Positions 15,365-21,221 of a stretch of 24,000 bases of DNA are shown here, piece after piece. The notes beneath the pieces were generated by a model. The model was not told where the DNA came from. It ran no database searches and saw only the letters and a list, made by a program, of their open reading frames with translations. Within the stretch, counting starts at the first letter, position 1, and the number at the start of each line of letters is the position of its first letter. The position numbers and the translations under genes are program-made. The stretch lies in NCBI GenBank assembly GCA_001592145.1, contig BCWJ01000020.1, positions 52,096 through 76,095 of the forward strand. The letters are read 5' to 3'. Source of the DNA: Xylanimicrobium pachnodae JCM 13526 = NBRC 107786. Lineage in GTDB: Bacteria; Actinomycetota; Actinomycetes; Actinomycetales; Cellulomonadaceae.

Positions 15365-16558
15365 TCAGCGCCCGAACCGGCGGCGCTGCCAGGCGGTCGG
15401 GGCCATGAGGTGCTTGCGGAACTGGTTGTCCGGGTCTTCGTACCCTTGCCACCGCTTCCCGCAGACCGCGCACGTGACCGTGTCACCGACATCGCCAACG
15501 GGCGCGCACTCGTGGGTGCGTTTGATCGCCTTGAGGCGGGCCTTACCGAGCGCCTGAAGGTGCTTGCCGATCAGGGCGTGCACGTTCACCTCGCGCGGCA
15601 TGTCGTAGCCGGTTTGTCCGACGACGGTGGCGGCGAAGGTGGCCTCTGCGCGCAGGTCGCCCACCGTCAGGTTGTCCAGTGAGCGGTCGAGACCGCCCTC
15701 ACCGTGCAGGGCGTCCTCGATCCCGTCCACAGTGACCGCGTTGTCGGGGTCGTCGTCGTGACGGTGCGGGACTCCGTGCTGGGCGAGCAGGGTCGTCAGC
15801 GGGGTGCTGTCTGCGTAGTCGTCCACGTCCGGGAACGCTGCCCGCATCCGTGCGAGCGGGGTCGCCTTCCGATCCCTCAGCGCTGCACCGGCCTCCCGCA
15901 TCTGGTACGGGGTCAGCGGGTGCGGCGGGACGGGTGCGATGCGGTCGGCGGCGGCGCGGGCGTTGGCCGCGGACCGTGGTTCTGTGTCCGCAATGTGAGC
16001 GGCGAACCGGCGCAACTCGCGGGCCGCCGACCTGTCGTCCAACAGCGCAGCGGGGTGACAGCGGAAACCGCTGCCATCCGTGTCGGTGACCCTGTCGGCG
16101 GGCAGGTGCATTCGGGCTAGGCGTTCGGTTGCGGAGACCTCATGCTGCGCCATGACCTCGTTCAACCACGCGTGCGCAGCCGGGTTCTCCGGGTCGGACT
16201 GGACTTGCTCGACGGCCTCGTTCAGTTCCAGGTTCCGGATCTGGGCGACCAGGTAGGCGTGGGTGCGGCTGTCCTCCGGGGCGGATCCCAGGGCGGTGCG
16301 CGCCTCCTCGATCCGCGCCGTCCACACCGTCTCGGTGGGCGGCGCCGCGGGCTCCGGGGTGGGGGTTGCGCCAGACGGGTTCCGCCGCGCCAGGTCGGCC
16401 TGGTAGTCGTCGTAGTCGGACACCACCCGGCGCAACGCGTTGACGAGCCGGTCCGCGCCGTCGGAGACGGACAGGTCGTAGCCCGCGGACGGGTGCGCCT
16501 TGTCGGTGAACTGTCCCAGGCCGTCGTGCAGGTTGCCGCGCGTGTCGATCGTCGTCAT
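15365..16558 (-). CDS. N-terminal-module family protein I (unknown body, C-terminal CxxC ribbon)
   Basis: ATG at 16558 (track ORF trimmed). N-terminus MTTIDTRGNLHDGLGQFTDKAHPSAGYDLSVS. C-terminus HECAP...CAVCGKRW. Confidence 0.7.
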   Translation of the reverse strand: MTTIDTRGNLHDGLGQFTDKAHPSAGYDLSVSDGADRLVNALRRVVSDYDDYQADLARRNPSGATPTPEPAAPPTETVWTARIEEARTALGSAPEDSRTHAYLVAQIRNLELNEAVEQVQSDPENPAAHAWLNEVMAQHEVSATERLARMHLPADRVTDTDGSGFRCHPAALLDDRSAARELRRFAAHIADTEPRSAANARAAADRIAPVPPHPLTPYQMREAGAALRDRKATPLARMRAAFPDVDDYADSTPLTTLLAQHGVPHRHDDDPDNAVTVDGIEDALHGEGGLDRSLDNLTVGDLRAEATFAATVVGQTGYDMPREVNVHALIGKHLQALGKARLKAIKRTHECAPVGDVGDTVTCAVCGKRWQGYEDPDNQFRKHLMAPTAWQRRRFGR

Positions 16559-16562
16559 GCCC

Positions 16563-16575
16563 GGTACTTGTCCGG
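16563..16575 (-). promoter_or_regulatory. CCGGACAAGTACC motif, copy 6 (upstream of gene I)
   Basis: Core is exactly 8 nt from the ATG at 16558 and 6 nt after the gene J stop. The whole gap is 23 nt with no Shine-Dalgarno. Confidence 0.6.
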
Positions 16576-16581
16576 TGACGC

Positions 16582-18297
16582 TCAGAACAGCGGGACGGCC
16601 CCAGCCCCGGCGGCCTGGTCGAGCACCCACGCGGTTTCGCCCTCGTCCACGGCGCCGGTCGCGGCCCGTTCCTGAAGGTATGTGGTGGGTGTGCGGCCCA
16701 TACCCGTCACCGCGACCTGTGCCGTGGCGTCGGTCAGGTCCCAGGTGGTGCCGTCGCGCAGCGCCAGGCGCCCGGAGTCACTGTGGAAGGTGCGCCCGGA
16801 CACGACCTCACCGTTCTTGCGGCGGCGCAGCACATCGTCGGGTGCGATGCCCGCGACGACGCGGGCCGTGTCGGTGTACGAGTCGGTGAACCTGACGAAC
16901 GTGTGTTCCTTGTCGGACAGCCGGTGCCAGCCGTCACTCCACCGTCCCCCTGAGATGGACGCGTTGTCCAGGTCGCTTGGCACGTGCGTGTCATCCTTGA
17001 ACGTGGCCACCACGGCGGGCACCCCTCGCTCGGTCAGCGCGTCCACCAGCATGTCGGCGCGCAACCCCTCCTGCCGACGGCGGGCCTCGTCCACCGCATA
17101 GTCGTGCGCGATCGAGCGCAGGTCGGCGCGGCTGACCGCCTCGGGGGCGATCCGCTTGTGCTCGGCGTACGCGTTGCGCAGTTCCAGCACGTCCTCGGGG
17201 GTCAGGGTGTTCGAGTCGACGGTGAACCCCAAATCCATCTCCGCAGCCGACGCCCCGTGACGCGCCTCGCGCTTCGCAGCGTCAAGCGCAGCGGTCGCGT
17301 CCTCGAACCCGCGCTCCACGTCCTGGACGTACGCCTTCTTCAGCGGCTCGGGCAGGGCGGCCACCTTCTCCTGAGCGCCTGTCAGCCAGCGCCGTGCCGT
17401 GTCTAGACCCTTCTTCGCCTTCATGACATCCGCAGCGCTGGCACGCAAGGGGTCGCCGTACGGAAACTCCGCCGTCGACTGCAGGTAAGCCAGGTTGGAC
17501 TCGCAGGTGGACACCTGCCGCTCCCGCTGCGCCAGCAGGCGCTCCGCCTTCTCGCGCTCCTCGCGGCGCTGCCGGACCGCGTAGTACTGCTCGGCCCAGT
17601 ACCGCTGGGTGTCGTCCGCGTCCCGCAGCACCTTCTGCGCCTCGACGGATAGGTCACTCCACTCGCCTGCCGGGGAGTCGGTCGTGCCGTCATCCTCGAT
17701 GGTGCCGGGCAGGGTGGCCTCGTCGATCTGGTCGCGCACCACCAGCAGGGCCGCCGTCTCGGGGTCCATCGTCGCCCCGTACGCGGACGCCAGTCCCTCG
17801 TTCTTGAACGCGTCCAGGCGGCGGGCCGGGTGATCGGCGGCTTCGGCGCGCAGGAAGTCGCCGACACACTGCGTCATGTCCTCGCTGGTCGCGGCGTCGA
17901 ACGCCCAGTCCCCGTCCGGGGACTCGTAGGTGACCTCACCGGTGGCGTCGTCCACGTTCGGGTCCACGTACATGATGTGCGGGCCGACCCGGACCTCCAT
18001 GAAGTCTCGGCCCCGGTTCGGGTCGTCCGACCAGTCGACCATGTTGTCGGAGTCCTGCTCGAAGGCCTCGCCGGTGTCCTTCAGGAAGACCGTCTCGCCG
18101 TCCACCGTGACGTTCAGGTCGGCGCCGGTGACCGCCTCGGTCACGTCGTTGGTGATCTGGCGGTGGGTGGCGATGTCGCGCAGGATCGTCGCGTGCACGT
18201 CCTCCCCGCCCAGGTCGTACCCGGCGGCGGGCTGGTTCTTGTTCGTGTACTGGCCCAGGCCGTCGTGCAGGGCGCCGCGGGTGTCGATGGTGGTCAC
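16582..18297 (-). CDS. N-terminal-module family protein J (571 aa, unknown body)
   Basis: GTG at 18297, 15 nt after the gene K stop. N-terminus VTTIDTRGALHDGLGQYTNKNQPAAGYDLGGE. No motif copy of its own. Confidence 0.7.
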   Translation of the reverse strand: MTTIDTRGALHDGLGQYTNKNQPAAGYDLGGEDVHATILRDIATHRQITNDVTEAVTGADLNVTVDGETVFLKDTGEAFEQDSDNMVDWSDDPNRGRDFMEVRVGPHIMYVDPNVDDATGEVTYESPDGDWAFDAATSEDMTQCVGDFLRAEAADHPARRLDAFKNEGLASAYGATMDPETAALLVVRDQIDEATLPGTIEDDGTTDSPAGEWSDLSVEAQKVLRDADDTQRYWAEQYYAVRQRREEREKAERLLAQRERQVSTCESNLAYLQSTAEFPYGDPLRASAADVMKAKKGLDTARRWLTGAQEKVAALPEPLKKAYVQDVERGFEDATAALDAAKREARHGASAAEMDLGFTVDSNTLTPEDVLELRNAYAEHKRIAPEAVSRADLRSIAHDYAVDEARRRQEGLRADMLVDALTERGVPAVVATFKDDTHVPSDLDNASISGGRWSDGWHRLSDKEHTFVRFTDSYTDTARVVAGIAPDDVLRRRKNGEVVSGRTFHSDSGRLALRDGTTWDLTDATAQVAVTGMGRTPTTYLQERAATGAVDEGETAWVLDQAAGAGAVPLF

Positions 18298-18312
18298 GGT
18301 GGGGTTTGCCTT

Positions 18313-19425
18313 TCAGTTTTGAGGGAGGGCGTGCATAGCGGTGCGGGTGGCGTGGGCGGCTTGGTCCAGTGCGGCGATCTTCTGCGCGCACGCCGCCGCG
18401 GTGTCCTCGTCGCCCAGCCCGACGGCGTGGAGGCGGGCCAGATCGAGCGCGTTCGTTTTCTGCGCGAGGAGGGCCAGGTGGGCGTCGGCATCCTGCTGGG
18501 TACGCAGCGACGCGACCGGGACGGCCAGCGCCTCGTCCGCGTACCGCTGGTGCTGGGTCACGCCCCGGTAGGCCAGGGTCCGGTGGGCAGCGTCATGGCG
18601 GAACTCCGCCTCAGCCAGCCGGTGCGCGGCGGCGTGGAACTCCTCGCTCTGCTCGTCCTCGATCTCGGTCCCGGCCAGGGCTGCACCCGGCAGAGCAGCG
18701 GCCTCGTTGTACTGGTCGCGCGCCTGGCGTAGTTCCTCGTCGGCGGCGGTTACCTCAGCCCACTCCTGGGCCTCGTCGTGCACGGCACGCCGCGCCCGGT
18801 AGGCGGACAGGACATCCTCGGGGGTGCCACCGAGCGCGGCCAGGATCGCGTCGTTGGTCGCCTGGCGGTGCTCCGGGTGCGCGTCCTGCCCGGAGTGGAC
18901 CAGTTCGACCAGGGCGGCGGCGTGCCCTTCGATCTTGCCGTCGAAGTAGCGGACGTCGCCGGTGGTAGCGTGATGCCGCTGTCGGTCCTTGGCGTAGGCG
19001 ATCTGCTCGGCATGATGCCGGGCGATGCGCTCACGCTGCTCGGGTGACACCTCGGCGCTGACCGCAAACGGGGGCCGCCCGCCGCGCAACTCCGCGACCA
19101 GATGCTCCGCCTGCCGGGGCACGTACCCATCGTCTGACTGGTACGCGTCGTCGAACGCGAGCCCGGGGTCACGCACCAGCGCAGCACCCTCCGCGAACGC
19201 GTACAGGCGGCCCTTGGCTGCGGGCGCCCCATCCTCGTCCCACCGCTCCGCGGCATCCGCCGCCTGGATCATCTCGGTGAGCAGCCGGTCGGACCGGGTC
19301 ACCTCGTCCCGCAGCGGGGCGTCCGGGACGGGGGCGTCCAGGTCGTACCCGGCAGCGGGCTGGTTCTGGTCGGCGTACCGGCCCCGGCTGTCGTGCAGGG
19401 CGCCGTTGTCGTCAATGGTGGACAT
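18313..19425 (-). CDS. N-terminal-module family protein K (helical, unknown body)
   Basis: ATG at 19425 with GGAG 9 nt upstream. N-terminus MSTIDDNGALHDSRGRYADQNQPAAGYDLDAP. Confidence 0.7.
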   Translation of the reverse strand: MSTIDDNGALHDSRGRYADQNQPAAGYDLDAPVPDAPLRDEVTRSDRLLTEMIQAADAAERWDEDGAPAAKGRLYAFAEGAALVRDPGLAFDDAYQSDDGYVPRQAEHLVAELRGGRPPFAVSAEVSPEQRERIARHHAEQIAYAKDRQRHHATTGDVRYFDGKIEGHAAALVELVHSGQDAHPEHRQATNDAILAALGGTPEDVLSAYRARRAVHDEAQEWAEVTAADEELRQARDQYNEAAALPGAALAGTEIEDEQSEEFHAAAHRLAEAEFRHDAAHRTLAYRGVTQHQRYADEALAVPVASLRTQQDADAHLALLAQKTNALDLARLHAVGLGDEDTAAACAQKIAALDQAAHATRTAMHALPQN

Positions 19426-19460
19426 GGTGATACTCCGGGTGAGAGGGCGATCCGTCGTTA

Positions 19461-19473
19461 CCTGCTTGTCCGG
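19461..19473 (-). promoter_or_regulatory. CCGGACAAGCAGG motif, copy 7 (upstream of gene K)
   Basis: Core lies 6 nt after the gene L stop and 39 nt before the ATG at 19425. The leader ends in CCCGGAGTATCACC. Confidence 0.6.
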
Positions 19474-19479
19474 GAACGG

Positions 19480-20553
19480 TCAGGACCCGATTTCGTAGTC
19501 CGCGCCGATGGCGGTGTGCCGGGCCAGCAGGATCTTCTGCCGGGTCGTCAGGTCGGCTTCCATCGAGAGCCGGAACCTGGCCTGCCCGTCCATCGAGTGC
19601 AGCGTGACCGACCTGTCATCGAACACGACGTCGACGCCGGACCGCCGCGCGTCCTCGATCGCGTCCGCCAGGTCATCCTTTGTGCCGCGCCCGTGCACCT
19701 CCGCGACCATGACCTCGCGGTACGGGTTCGTCTTCGCTTTGTCGGACAGGGTGGAGCCGAGCGCGAATGCGGATGCGAACGCCTGCGCCTCCCCGGTCGT
19801 CTTGCCGCGGATCGTGGCGGGCTGGCGGGAGTCCTGCGACGCAGCCGAGTCCAGCGTGGGGGCGGTGGTGAAGGACAGTGACGCGGGCGAGTTGTACCAG
19901 GCCCGGTCGTACCCGAACTCGGGGTCCCGGAACCCGAAGTCGTCGGCCAGACGCTCAGCCTGTTTCGGAGTGTCCTTGACCTTGAAGTTCCCGTTGATGC
20001 CTTTTGGCCACGGGCCGATGTTCCGGTTCGGGGTGTACCCCGCCCCGGCCTCACGGATGTCCGCCTCGGTCTGCTCCCGCCGCGACCGGCGCTTCGCCGC
20101 CGCATCCGGCCAAGACATCCGCAGCGGCTCAACACCAGGGTGCAGTGCGGCGAACTCATCGGCGGTCATGGCGCCACGCTCGACGTCGTAGCGATGGAAC
20201 TCGATCGCGTACTCGTCCGTCGCCTTGTCGTAGTCCCCACCAGCCTGTTCGCCGCAGAAGTTGCAGTAGCCGTCGTCGTCGCAGTCCTGGAGGTGATCTC
20301 CGGATGCGATGCAGTCCTCCAGGGTCACGTAGTCGCCACTAGCGGCAGCCGTGTCAGACCCTGGCCCGGACGAGACCTCGGTCTCGAAGCCATGCGTCTC
20401 GGCGAAGTCGGCAGCCATCTCGTGCGCGTCCTGCGCCGTCACAGGGTCGGGTTCTCGCAAGATGTACAGGTCGTATCCGGCGGCGGGCTGGTTCTTGTTC
20501 GTGTACTGGCCCCGGCTGTCGTGCAGGGCACCGTGGTCGTCGATGGTGGGCAC
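19480..20553 (-). CDS. N-terminal-module family protein L (unknown body)
   Basis: GTG at 20553 with GAGGAA 6 nt upstream. N-terminus (M)PTIDDHGALHDSRGQYTNKNQPAAGYDLYIL. First member of the array in transcription order. Confidence 0.7.
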   Translation of the reverse strand: MPTIDDHGALHDSRGQYTNKNQPAAGYDLYILREPDPVTAQDAHEMAADFAETHGFETEVSSGPGSDTAAASGDYVTLEDCIASGDHLQDCDDDGYCNFCGEQAGGDYDKATDEYAIEFHRYDVERGAMTADEFAALHPGVEPLRMSWPDAAAKRRSRREQTEADIREAGAGYTPNRNIGPWPKGINGNFKVKDTPKQAERLADDFGFRDPEFGYDRAWYNSPASLSFTTAPTLDSAASQDSRQPATIRGKTTGEAQAFASAFALGSTLSDKAKTNPYREVMVAEVHGRGTKDDLADAIEDARRSGVDVVFDDRSVTLHSMDGQARFRLSMEADLTTRQKILLARHTAIGADYEIGS

Positions 20554-20610
20554 CTGTGGTTCCTCGGATCGGGTCGGAGCGAGGGCACACCCCGGTGGGG
20601 GCGGCCTACC

Positions 20611-20623
20611 TGCACTTGTCCGG
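20611..20623 (-). promoter_or_regulatory. CCGGACAAGTGCA motif, copy 8 (upstream of gene L)
   Basis: Core lies 6 nt after the exonuclease stop and 61 nt before the GTG at 20553. Confidence 0.6.
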
Positions 20624-20629
20624 GGGCGT

Positions 20630-21184
20630 TCAGCGGCGCCGCGGCCCGGCGTACGTGTCGGCGTCGGTGGCGCGCAGCGCGGCGATCGCCGCCGTCATCA
20701 AGGCGTCGTCGGCGGCGTTGTGGTGGGCGAACGCACCCAGGTCCAGCGCGGCGGCCACGGTCGGCAGTTTGTGGTCGGGCAGGTCCGGCAGCGCGCGGCG
20801 GGCCGTCTTGACCGTGTCCACCCAGCGGTTCGCCGGGAACGGCAGCCCGTAGTGGGCGCACAGGGCGGCCAGCACCGAGTAGTCGAACGGGGCGTTGTGC
20901 GCGGCGAGCACGAACCGGTCGTCGCCCCACACGCCCGCCAGCGCGGCGTACACGTCTGGGAACTCCGGTGCCCCCGCCACGTCCTCGCGGTGGAGGCCGT
21001 GCACGGCGACGTTGACCGCCGCGAACTCGTCCGCGCCGGGCGGCGGGGTCAGCAGCAGGTGCCGGGCCCTGGTGTACCGCCCGGCGAGCCGACCTTCCGC
21101 GCGGGGCAACGCGATCCCGACCGAGCAGGCGGACAGGCGCTTGGCATTGGCGGTCTCGAAGTCGATGCCCACGAACAGGTCCAT
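20630..21184 (-). CDS. DEDDh 3'-5' exonuclease (DnaQ/epsilon-like)
   Basis: Trimmed to the ATG at 21184 (MDLFVGIDFETAN). Exo I GIDFETAN, Exo II AHNAPFDYSVL, Exo III HHNAADDALMTA (H-x4-D). The upstream part of the track ORF overlaps the FtsK-like gene and is P/R/T-rich junk. Confidence 0.8.
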   Translation of the reverse strand: MDLFVGIDFETANAKRLSACSVGIALPRAEGRLAGRYTRARHLLLTPPPGADEFAAVNVAVHGLHREDVAGAPEFPDVYAALAGVWGDDRFVLAAHNAPFDYSVLAALCAHYGLPFPANRWVDTVKTARRALPDLPDHKLPTVAAALDLGAFAHHNAADDALMTAAIAALRATDADTYAGPRRR

Positions 21185-21221
21185 GCCGGGTATGTGGGCC
21201 GGGTCGGGCGTCTGGTGCGGC

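Noticed and set aside
6624-20553. Possibility that the regularly recurring repeats are a CRISPR array or other non-coding repeat array
   Set aside because: The repeat units are 0.25-1.7 kb apart, not 25-40 bp. They sit at the 5' ends of long ORFs with good codon bias and are conserved at the protein level. No short direct-repeat and spacer architecture was seen anywhere in the window.
6624-20553. The N-terminal module as a Sec/Tat signal peptide, lipoprotein signal or type VII (WXG/YxxxD-E) secretion signal
   Set aside because: There is no hydrophobic h-region, no twin-arginine and no lipobox cysteine. I saw no WXG or helix-turn-helix with a YxxxD/E pattern; the GYDL segment does not fit the spacing.
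7279-20623. The CCGGACAAG motif as a translocase-guiding or clt-like repeat (compare TraB recognition repeats such as GACCCGGA, or FtsK KOPS)
   Set aside because: The motif is confined to intergenic gaps and sits at a fixed 8-nt distance from four start codons. That points to transcription or translation control rather than a polarity signal spread along the DNA. This is not fully excluded, because the motif is strand-locked and an FtsK-like ATPase is adjacent.
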